Below are positions 9,877 through 18,469 of a stretch of DNA of 64,000 nucleotides, piece after piece. The stretch's first letter is position 1. Each line of letters opens with the position of its first letter. This DNA is from a bacterium (GTDB lineage: Bacteria > Bacteroidota > Ignavibacteria > Kapaibacteriales > UBA2268), in contig JBAXXL010000004.1 of the NCBI GenBank assembly GCA_037127915.1, positions 32,509 through 96,508 of the forward strand, given 5' to 3'. The notes under the pieces are model-generated. The model was not told where the DNA came from, did no database searches, and worked only from the letters and a program-made list of their open reading frames with translations. Position numbers and translations under genes: made by a program.

Positions 9877-11001
9877 ATGGAAAATTTTATAAACGGCTTT
9901 ATCAATAATGAATTTATTACAGCAATAATAATAAGTATTATCCCGTTGATATTTGTTCTTGTCTATGCATTAATTGCTATATTGGGAGAATTAAAAATAT
10001 CTGCATTTATGCAAGAACGTCTTGGACCGATGCGTACCGGACCTTGGGGTATTTTTCAACCAATAGCTGAAGTTATTAAATTACTTCAAAAAGAAGATAT
10101 CACACCTGATGCAGTTAATAAACCATTATTTAATTTTGCACCATTTCTTATGTTTGCGGCATCTTATGCTTGCTTTGCTGTCATCCCGTTCAGTTCACAT
10201 TTTATACCCGCTAGTTTAAATTTAGGTTTGTTTTATCTATTAGCAGTTGGATCTATAGGTGTAATTAGTATTGTAATGGGTGGCTGGGCTTCGAATAATA
10301 AGTATTCTATCTTGGGTGCTATGCGTTCAGCTTCGCAAATAGTAAGTTATGAACTTCCTGCTGGTATTTGTTTACTTACCATAGCGGCTTTGACAAGTAC
10401 ATTCACATTCAGCGGCTTAGGTGTATCAAAGGAATTGATGTCTGCGGTTGGCGGTACTCCAAATGCGTTTTTAGGCGGTTTGGATATACAACATATCAAT
10501 GTTGCCCAAAGCGGTGGATTTTGGAATTGGTTCATATTTGGCGGACCGGGTAATATAACGAAAATTTGGGTTATACCTTTTACTTTAGGTTTAACATTAA
10601 TTTATTTTATTTCCTCGCTTGCTGAAACTAACCGTACTCCTTTCGATATATCCGAGGGTGAATCTGAAATCGTAGCTGGATACTTTATTGAATATAGCGG
10701 TATAAAATTCGCTATGTTCTACTTTGCCGAATACGCAAATATGTATGTTGTAGCGGCAATCATGACAATTCTCTTTTTAGGTGGTTGGACATCACCTTTC
10801 GGTGACTTCATGAACGGTCCTATATGGGGCGCTTTCTGGTTTGTATCCAAAGCATTTGCAGTAGTATTTTTGCAAATATGGGTACGCTGGACATTACCGC
10901 GTCTTAGAGTTGACCAATTAATGAACATCGGTTGGAAAGTGTTACTTCCGTTATCATTAGTTTGTTTTTTAGTTATCAGTTTATGGGGCATTCTCCATTA
11001 A
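9877..11001 (+). CDS. nuoH: NADH-quinone oxidoreductase subunit H
   Basis: QERLGP, SNNKYSILGAMR, AETNRTPFD, LPRLRVDQLM. Confidence 0.97.
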   Translation: MENFINGFINNEFITAIIISIIPLIFVLVYALIAILGELKISAFMQERLGPMRTGPWGIFQPIAEVIKLLQKEDITPDAVNKPLFNFAPFLMFAASYACFAVIPFSSHFIPASLNLGLFYLLAVGSIGVISIVMGGWASNNKYSILGAMRSASQIVSYELPAGICLLTIAALTSTFTFSGLGVSKELMSAVGGTPNAFLGGLDIQHINVAQSGGFWNWFIFGGPGNITKIWVIPFTLGLTLIYFISSLAETNRTPFDISEGESEIVAGYFIEYSGIKFAMFYFAEYANMYVVAAIMTILFLGGWTSPFGDFMNGPIWGAFWFVSKAFAVVFLQIWVRWTLPRLRVDQLMNIGWKVLLPLSLVCFLVISLWGILH

Positions 11002-11042
11002 TATTTTTTACTAAATAAGAAAATAAAGGAAAAAAATACGTT

Positions 11043-11603
11043 ATGTACAAAACATATATAAAAGCTCTGTGGGATAGTATTTATAGTGCATTAGTCGGTA
11101 TGACTATAACAATAAAGCATTTGTTTTATAAAAATGTGACAAATCAATATCCAAATGTTGATGCAAGAGTAAAATCAGGAACTGCCGAAATGCCGGATTA
11201 TGCAAGGAATAGATTAGAATTTTTACCTGATGCTTGTACAGCTTGCAATTTATGTGAAAAAGCTTGTCCTGTTAACTGTATTGAAATTGATTCTTTTAAA
11301 GTTGTTGATGGTGATCCTGACCAACCTTTAATGACAAACGGTAAACCAAGAAAACAGTGGATACCGACGTACAATATAGATTTTTCGAAATGCTGTTATT
11401 GCGGTCTTTGTGCCAATGCATGTACTTTTGGCGCTCTTAAAATGACAGACTTTTTTGAATATGCTACATACGATAGAAAAAATTTATATTACCATTTAAG
11501 CAGTATGACTCCTAAAATGGTTGACGATAAAAGAAAAATGTTAAGTGATAACTTATCTAAGATAAAAGCGGAAAAAGCACTTGAAGCAAAAGAAGCATCT
11601 TAA
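11043..11603 (+). CDS. nuoI: NADH-quinone oxidoreductase subunit I
   Basis: Two CxxCxxCxxxC [4Fe-4S] motifs; position in operon. Confidence 0.94.
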   Translation: MYKTYIKALWDSIYSALVGMTITIKHLFYKNVTNQYPNVDARVKSGTAEMPDYARNRLEFLPDACTACNLCEKACPVNCIEIDSFKVVDGDPDQPLMTNGKPRKQWIPTYNIDFSKCCYCGLCANACTFGALKMTDFFEYATYDRKNLYYHLSSMTPKMVDDKRKMLSDNLSKIKAEKALEAKEAS

Positions 11604-11666
11604 ATTAAAGATGATTTTTGCCAAAAAGCTTTTTATTTTGTTAACAAGTATATTAGATGATAGATT

Positions 11667-12173
11667 ATGGATATAATAAGTATATTATTTTTGGTTTTTG
11701 CCGCAGTAGTTATAGGTTCTGCGGGGGTTGTTGTTTTTTCTAAAAATATCATGTTTTCGGCTTTCGCATTACTTTTTACATTGTTTGGTATTGCCGGATT
11801 ATATGTTCTATTAAATGCGGATTTCATTGCGATAACGCAAATAATGATTTACATAGGCGGTATTTTAGTATTGATCATATTCGGTGTGATGCTAACAACA
11901 AAAATAACACAGATAGAATTTAGAGGCGGATTATCCGGCAAAATACAACTTGGTACAGCTGGCTTAGCAACGGCTTTATTAGCTTTCACATTAGTTACTG
12001 TATTTATGAAAAGCAATTGGCTTTTGAAGGGCGATCCTAATAAAGTTGCCGAAACAACAGTAAATTCTATCGGAACAATGCTACTATCTGAATATTTGAT
12101 TCAATTTGAAATAGCATCAGTTTTACTTTTAGTGGCTATTATCGGTGCTACATTTATAGCACGCAGAAAATAA
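11667..12173 (+). CDS. nuoJ: NADH-quinone oxidoreductase subunit J
   Basis: QIMIYIGGILVLIIFGVML, FEIASVLLLVA. Confidence 0.95.
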   Translation: MDIISILFLVFAAVVIGSAGVVVFSKNIMFSAFALLFTLFGIAGLYVLLNADFIAITQIMIYIGGILVLIIFGVMLTTKITQIEFRGGLSGKIQLGTAGLATALLAFTLVTVFMKSNWLLKGDPNKVAETTVNSIGTMLLSEYLIQFEIASVLLLVAIIGATFIARRK

Positions 12174-12194
12174 TTTAGAATTAAATTAAGGAAA

Positions 12195-12509
12195 ATGCAA
12201 ATGACAATAGGTTTGACAAGTTATTTAATTGTAAGCGCGCTTTTATTCTGTTTAGGATTGTTTGCTGTGGTCACACGGAAAAACGCGATTTTGGTATTAA
12301 TGGGTCTTGAATTAATATTAAACGCCGCAAATATCAATTTTATAGCTTTTGCAAAATACGGTGGATTTAATATTGAAGGCCACGTTGCAGTGATTTTTGT
12401 GATTATATTAGCCGCCGCCGAAGCCGCGGTAGCTCTAGCGATAGTATTGAACATCTATCAAAACTACAGACATTTAAATGTTGATGAAATAAATAAATTA
12501 AAAAATTAA
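12195..12509 (+). CDS. nuoK: NADH-quinone oxidoreductase subunit K
   Basis: LMGLELILNAANIN, AAAEAAVALA. Confidence 0.96.
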   Translation: MQMTIGLTSYLIVSALLFCLGLFAVVTRKNAILVLMGLELILNAANINFIAFAKYGGFNIEGHVAVIFVIILAAAEAAVALAIVLNIYQNYRHLNVDEINKLKN

Positions 12510-12529
12510 TTTTATAAGTTAAAATAAAT

Positions 12530-14692
12530 ATGGCTCCAGAAACTTTATTAACTTTAGGAATAGTTATACTACTCTTACCGCTATTAACCTTCGCAATTCT
12601 AATTTTCTTCGGAAAAAGAATGGGAAGGGTCAGCGGCTATATTGGTACAACTATATTGGGCTTAGATCTACTTCTGGCAATTTATGTGTTGATTACCAAA
12701 TATACAACAAATTTTGCCGAAACTATAGCTAATGGAAGTACCGGAATTTTTATCAAAGGCGCCCTCGTACAAGTCAAATTCAATTGGTTCTCAATTGGTA
12801 AATTAGATATTGCAGTCGGTTTCGGTATTGATAATTTAACCGCAATGATGCTTTTGGTTGTAACCTTAATCAGTTTTCTTGTTCATTTGTTCTCACTTGA
12901 ATATATGAAGGAAGAGGAAAGGTTTCCAAGGTTTTACGCGTATCTCGGATTGTTTTCATTCTCTATGTTGGGAATAGTTTTAGCCAATAATTTCTTGTTT
13001 ATGTATGTATTTTGGGAACTTGTAGGTATAAGTTCTTACTTGCTGATTGGATTTTGGTATGAAAAAGATTCTGCCGCCAATGCAGGCAAAAAAGCGTTTT
13101 TAGTAAACCGAGTTGGTGATTTCGGCTTCCTTATAGGTATTTTATTCATGTACTCAACCTATGGAACTTTCATGTTCGATGAAATTTTCAAATCTATGGG
13201 TATGGGAGTAATGCCTTTTGGTAGCGGATTATTTCTAACTATTGCCGGATTACTCATATTCTGCGGTGCTATTGGTAAATCAGCACAATTCCCATTACAT
13301 GTTTGGTTACCGGATGCGATGGAAGGTCCTACTCCGGTAAGTGCTTTAATTCATGCCGCAACTATGGTTGCCGCAGGTGTTTATATGGTAGCTAGGGTAT
13401 TCCCAATATTCACAGCCGATGCATCGCTGGTTATTGCCTATGTTGGTGCAATCACTGCGTTTATTGCCGCTACTATAGCCATTACGCAAAATGATTTCAA
13501 ACGCGTTTTGGCTTACTCTACTGTTAGCCAATTAGGCTATATGGTAATGGCTCTTGGTGTTGGTGCATTTACAACTGGATTTTTCCATTTAGTTACTCAT
13601 GCTTGGTTCAAAGCCGCATTATTTTTGGCTTCAGGTTCGGTAATTTATGCTATGCACCGTGCCGCTCACGCATTACACGACCATCACACTGATGTTCAGG
13701 ATATTCGTAACCTTGGCGGTTTGAAAAAAACTATGCCTTGGACGTATTATACGTTTCTCTTTGTAACGCTTGCGCTCTGTGGTGTACCGCTTACTTCAGG
13801 TTTCCTCAGTAAAGATGCTATATTGGCCTCAACACTTGCATTCGGTATGTTAACAGGTCATTGGATCATTCCGCTAATAGGATTTGCTTCTGCAGGTATG
13901 ACAGCGTTCTACATGTTTAGACTGACCATTTTATCATTCCATGGTAAACCGCGAACTGAGATCGCTAAGAAAACCCGAGAAAATAATTTCCCAATTGTTT
14001 TCCCATTGGTGTTATTAGCTATTATTTCAGTTTGGGGATTTTACTCAATGAATCCAACAAACGCTCATACGGGTTGGTTCTATGAGAAAATCCAACAACC
14101 GGCTTCTGCTGTACCGGAGAACCTTCAATGGAAACACAACCTAATCGAAAAGAAATTTGATGGTGAATCTACCGATTTAGCTGTTGGTGCTCAACATAAA
14201 ACTGTTCACGAAATATCACAATTCGAAGAAACTGTAGAACAAGCACATTATCCAGCAATGGGATTATCAATATTAATAGCCGGTGGAGGTATTTTATTTG
14301 CATTTATGATTTATCAATTTAAATGGTTTGATGCAGATAAATTCTCTAGACAATTGGGTATTATTTATAAATTCTCATTTAATAAATGGTATTTCGATGA
14401 AATCTACGCGGCAACAGTCATTGGCGGAACAGTCCTAGGTGCAAAAGTCTTAGCTCTCTTCGATAATTATGTCATAGATGGAGTTGTCAATGGTGCAAGT
14501 TTGGTTACACGTTTCTCAGCTAAATTAACAGGAATCTTCGATAATGTAGTTGTGGATGGGATAGTAAATTTAATAGCGAAAATTACCGGATTTTTTGGAG
14601 CAACAGCTCAGAAAATGCAAACCGGTCGAATTCAAACTTACGTAATTTTAGCAGTAATTGGTTTAATTACTTTAATATATATCTTTATTTAA
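12530..14692 (+). CDS. nuoL: NADH-quinone oxidoreductase subunit L
   Basis: GKSAQFPLHVWLPDAMEGPTPVSALIHAATMV. Confidence 0.97.
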   Translation: MAPETLLTLGIVILLLPLLTFAILIFFGKRMGRVSGYIGTTILGLDLLLAIYVLITKYTTNFAETIANGSTGIFIKGALVQVKFNWFSIGKLDIAVGFGIDNLTAMMLLVVTLISFLVHLFSLEYMKEEERFPRFYAYLGLFSFSMLGIVLANNFLFMYVFWELVGISSYLLIGFWYEKDSAANAGKKAFLVNRVGDFGFLIGILFMYSTYGTFMFDEIFKSMGMGVMPFGSGLFLTIAGLLIFCGAIGKSAQFPLHVWLPDAMEGPTPVSALIHAATMVAAGVYMVARVFPIFTADASLVIAYVGAITAFIAATIAITQNDFKRVLAYSTVSQLGYMVMALGVGAFTTGFFHLVTHAWFKAALFLASGSVIYAMHRAAHALHDHHTDVQDIRNLGGLKKTMPWTYYTFLFVTLALCGVPLTSGFLSKDAILASTLAFGMLTGHWIIPLIGFASAGMTAFYMFRLTILSFHGKPRTEIAKKTRENNFPIVFPLVLLAIISVWGFYSMNPTNAHTGWFYEKIQQPASAVPENLQWKHNLIEKKFDGESTDLAVGAQHKTVHEISQFEETVEQAHYPAMGLSILIAGGGILFAFMIYQFKWFDADKFSRQLGIIYKFSFNKWYFDEIYAATVIGGTVLGAKVLALFDNYVIDGVVNGASLVTRFSAKLTGIFDNVVVDGIVNLIAKITGFFGATAQKMQTGRIQTYVILAVIGLITLIYIFI

Positions 14693-14745
14693 ATTATTTT
14701 TATGAACAATAACAGAATAATTCAATATATTCTTTTGGAGGATTG

Positions 14746-16392
14746 ATGGGAGGCTATATTAGTTCGATTTTTGGCTCCTCTATTTTAACATGGATTACAT
14801 TTTTGCCGTTAATAGGAATGGTTGCAATGCTATTTATTCCATCCGGCAAGGATGAAGACAAGAAAGCTAATACGGATAAGATTTTTAAATGGATGACAGT
14901 CGGAATTACATTCATTCAATTAGTAATGGCTGTATTCATTTACATGAATTATAATAATGCTTTGACAGGTGTCAATGTAATGGATAAATTCCAATTTGTA
15001 GAAAAAGTCTCTTGGATAAGAGCTTCTTTACCTTTGGTTGGAAATCTAAACATTGATTATTTTGTCGGCATTGACGGACTTAGCGCACCAATGGTGCTTT
15101 TGACTGCCTTAATATGCTTCTGTGCCTCATTGGCGTCATTCAGCATAAAGAAATCGGTTAAAGGTTACTTTTTAATGTATCTACTATTAGACGTAGGTAT
15201 GATGGGCGTTTTTGTTTCGTTAGATTTTTTCCTATTCTACGTATTCTGGGAACTTATGTTACTCCCAATGTACTTCCTGATAGGTATTTGGGGCGGTCCT
15301 CGTAAAGAATATGCCGCAATTAAGTTCTTCATCTATACTTTAATCGGTAGTGTGTTTATGCTATTGGTTATGATTGCGCTGTACTTCAGTGTAGGTTCGT
15401 TCAACATGTTAGACATGATGAATCCGGCAAATTATGCTCCTGATTCATTATTAGCAGGTTTAAACACGACTTGGCGATACGTGGCATTTATAGCACTATT
15501 CGTTGGTTTTGCTATTAAAGTTCCAATTGTTCCATTCCATACTTGGTTACCGGACGCTCACGTTGAGGCTCCAACACCTATAAGTGTTATATTAGCCGGT
15601 GTGCTTTTGAAAATGGGTACGTATGGAATATTGAGAATTAATTTTGCAATGTTCCCCGATGCGACTTTGCATTTCCAAGACCTATTAGCTGTTCTTGGGG
15701 TGGTATCCATTATATATGGTGCATTATGCGCTTTAGGACAATTCAAAGTCGGCAAACGAGACTTGAAGAAGATGATAGCGTACTCCAGTGTTAGCCACAT
15801 GGGTTATGTAATCCTTGGTATGTCATCGCTAAGACCTGAAGGTATGGTCGGTGCGGTTATGCAAATGTTTAATCACGGTACCATCACTGCTATGCTCTTC
15901 TTAATAGTTGGCGTTATTTATGAAAGATCTCACAAACGCGGTTTAGACGACTTCGGCGGACTTGCTAATAAAATGCCTATATTTATGGGTATTACAGCAA
16001 TAGCATTTTTCGGTGCTATCGGTCTTCCGGGATTGAGCGGATTTATCAGTGAATCTTTAGTATTCTTAGGTGCTTTTAAAGCTTATCCTATCATTACTAT
16101 GTTCGCTGGTTTGGGAATAATTTTGGGTGCCGGTTATATGCTATGGGCACTTCAAAAAGTATTCTTCGGTAAATTACCCGATGTGTGGTCAGGTCCTTGG
16201 GATCCAACTAAAAAATTGTACAAACACGATGATGTAAATGCTCTAGAACTTGGTGCTTTGATTCCATTGGCAGTTGCTGTTATTTTATTCGGTATTATGC
16301 CAAATCCATTAATAAATATGATGAGTGCGACTTTAAACCATCTCATTGAATTTGTTCAAACAAGCCCTGCGCTTTTTAGCAGTTTAATGTAG
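14746..16392 (+). CDS. nuoM: NADH-quinone oxidoreductase subunit M
   Basis: KVPIVPFHTWLPDAHVEAPT, AYSSVSHMG; GGAGG upstream. Confidence 0.96.
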   Translation: MGGYISSIFGSSILTWITFLPLIGMVAMLFIPSGKDEDKKANTDKIFKWMTVGITFIQLVMAVFIYMNYNNALTGVNVMDKFQFVEKVSWIRASLPLVGNLNIDYFVGIDGLSAPMVLLTALICFCASLASFSIKKSVKGYFLMYLLLDVGMMGVFVSLDFFLFYVFWELMLLPMYFLIGIWGGPRKEYAAIKFFIYTLIGSVFMLLVMIALYFSVGSFNMLDMMNPANYAPDSLLAGLNTTWRYVAFIALFVGFAIKVPIVPFHTWLPDAHVEAPTPISVILAGVLLKMGTYGILRINFAMFPDATLHFQDLLAVLGVVSIIYGALCALGQFKVGKRDLKKMIAYSSVSHMGYVILGMSSLRPEGMVGAVMQMFNHGTITAMLFLIVGVIYERSHKRGLDDFGGLANKMPIFMGITAIAFFGAIGLPGLSGFISESLVFLGAFKAYPIITMFAGLGIILGAGYMLWALQKVFFGKLPDVWSGPWDPTKKLYKHDDVNALELGALIPLAVAVILFGIMPNPLINMMSATLNHLIEFVQTSPALFSSLM

Positions 16393-16448
16393 TGTTGAAA
16401 TTTTAACTTGTTTTAACTCAAATATAGTGAATATTACGAGAAATAAAT

Positions 16449-17966
16449 ATGATAACTTCAGAATCAATTAATGCTTTAATATCAGCAGTAACTCAAAGCG
16501 TCACTCAGTTTTTACCTGAAACTGCCTTGATAGTTACCTTTATTATAGCAATATTATTTGATATTATTTTCAAAAAAACGAAAAATATAACAGCTTATGT
16601 ATCTATTGCCGGTTTTGTTATAACAGGAATTCTCTTGTTGTTTCAAGGTTCGTATGCAAGTAATTCGATTTTCTCAAAGATGCTGTCCATAGATGCCTTT
16701 GGTCAATTTTTTAAATTTATCATTTTGGGTTCCGGTATATTTGTAATGCTTATGTCATTGTTATCGAAAGAATTGAATGATGGCGACCGCAAGGTTGGTG
16801 AGTATTATACCCTTATAGTCGGTATGACTATAGGTATGTTTATAATGGTATCGGCAACTAACCTGATTATGATTTATCTTGCATTAGAAACCATGAGTAT
16901 CAGCTCATATATCCTAGCTGGATATACCAAAGAAGCAAAAAGAGCTTCGGAAGCGTCGCTTAAATATGTCATTTATGGCGCTACTTCTTCGGCAATTATG
17001 ATATATGGTATGAGCTTACTTTTCGGATTAACAGGCTCATTGAATTTGGATGAGATTAACCTTGTTATTCAATCAGGTGTTGATTTAGCACCATTGCTAA
17101 TCGCAGGTTTGATGATTGTAGTTGGAATTGGTTATAAGATTTCAGCTGTTCCGTTCCACTTTTGGACACCGGATGTTTACGAGGGTGCTCCTGTCACAAT
17201 TACTGCCTTATTGTCCGTTGCTTCTAAAGCGGCCGGTTTTGCATTGCTAATTCGATTTTTCCGTTTAACATTTGCTAATTCCAGCCTTGTTGCCGATCCT
17301 TCATGGTCTGTATTAACATCAATCGATTGGAAAATGATTATTGCTCTCTTATCGGTGTTATCTATGACAGTTGGTAATTTGACAGCTATTTGGCAAACCA
17401 ATATTAAAAGAATGTTAGCATATTCAAGTATTTCTCATGCAGGATTCATGCTTATGGGTGTGGTTGTGATGAACGATATTGGAGTAGCGGCAGTAATGAT
17501 GTACTTCTTTGTTTATATAATTATGAATTTGGGTGCATTTCTTATTGTTATGTTTGTTGCTGATAAAACCGGTTCAGAAGAAATTGATGATTATTCCGGT
17601 TTAGGTTACAGATCACCATTTTTAGCGGTTTGTTTAAGTATATTCTTAATCTCATTAGCAGGTTTACCGCCTACTGCCGGATTCACAGGCAAATTGTATG
17701 TCTTTACAGCTGTGTTAAATTCTAATTACGTCTGGTTAGCTGTTGTCGGTATTATCAATAGTGTAATAGGACTCTTTTACTACGCTAAAGTATTTAGAAA
17801 TATGTTTATGCGCAATACAGACACTACGGAAAGTAAGTTTACAGTTTCACGTGCAGGGATCGCTCTTGTACTTTTAACAGTGATTCCTACAGTTTTGTTC
17901 GGTGTATGGTGGTCACCAATCGCCGCATGGGCAAAACATTCTGTAGCAATGTTCTTATTCAAATAA
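16449..17966 (+). CDS. nuoN: NADH-quinone oxidoreductase subunit N
   Basis: KISAVPFHFWTPDVYEGAP, KRMLAYSSISHAG, SLAGLPPTAGF. Confidence 0.96.
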   Translation: MITSESINALISAVTQSVTQFLPETALIVTFIIAILFDIIFKKTKNITAYVSIAGFVITGILLLFQGSYASNSIFSKMLSIDAFGQFFKFIILGSGIFVMLMSLLSKELNDGDRKVGEYYTLIVGMTIGMFIMVSATNLIMIYLALETMSISSYILAGYTKEAKRASEASLKYVIYGATSSAIMIYGMSLLFGLTGSLNLDEINLVIQSGVDLAPLLIAGLMIVVGIGYKISAVPFHFWTPDVYEGAPVTITALLSVASKAAGFALLIRFFRLTFANSSLVADPSWSVLTSIDWKMIIALLSVLSMTVGNLTAIWQTNIKRMLAYSSISHAGFMLMGVVVMNDIGVAAVMMYFFVYIIMNLGAFLIVMFVADKTGSEEIDDYSGLGYRSPFLAVCLSIFLISLAGLPPTAGFTGKLYVFTAVLNSNYVWLAVVGIINSVIGLFYYAKVFRNMFMRNTDTTESKFTVSRAGIALVLLTVIPTVLFGVWWSPIAAWAKHSVAMFLFK

Positions 17967-17985
17967 GACAACTGCGTTGTTTTTT

Positions 17986-18024
17986 AAAGTGGGTTGATTC
18001 GATAAGAGTCATCCCACTTTTTTT
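17986..18024 (+). terminator. Rho-independent terminator of the nuo operon
   Basis: AAAGTGGGTTGATTC-GATAA-GAGTCATCCCACTTT followed by a T-run. Confidence 0.75.
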
Positions 18025-18055
18025 AGTTCATAAAGTTGCAAGAAAGAAAGATAGA

Positions 18056-18295
18056 AAATCTTTATTATACTTTCAGGTGGTAAAGTAAAATAAGGAAAAT
18101 CATATTTTACTTTTAGGTGGTAAAGTAAAATAAGAAAATCTATATTATACTTTTAGGTGGTAAAGCAAAATAATGAAATTTATATTATACTTTTAGGTGG
18201 TAAAGTAAAATAATGAAATCTATATTTTACTTTTAGGTGATAAAGCAAAATAAGGAAATCTATATTTTACTTTTAGGTGATAAAGTAAAATAGGA
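18056..18295. repeat. Six-copy 40-bp tandem array of palindromic units
   Basis: Unit approximately AAATCTATATTTTACTTTTAGGTGGTAAAGTAAAATAAGG, with internal arms TATTTTACTTT / AAAGTAAAATA around TAGGTGGT. Confidence 0.9.
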
Positions 18296-18303
18296 AAAAG
18301 AAA

Positions 18304-18468
18304 AAAAACTCATCCGCTGACTGCCATTCATCGGATGAGTGAGTTCAAAATTTAAAAAAAACTTTCAATCATTCCCCCACGACTTAAGGTTGTGGCTGTT
18401 AAATTCTTACTATCTTTATCTTGTTCTTTTCTTTATAAACTTTACGAACTTTCAACTTTATAAACTCT
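18304..18468. repeat. REP-like hairpins and short 9-mer repeats
   Basis: ACTCATCCG...CGGATGAGT; CCACGACTTAAGGTTGTGG; repeated CTTTATAAA-like units. Confidence 0.55.
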
Positions 18469-18469
18469 G

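Noticed and set aside
18056-18295. Possible CRISPR array
   Set aside because: The 10-nt linkers are near-identical rather than unique spacers, and there are no cas genes.
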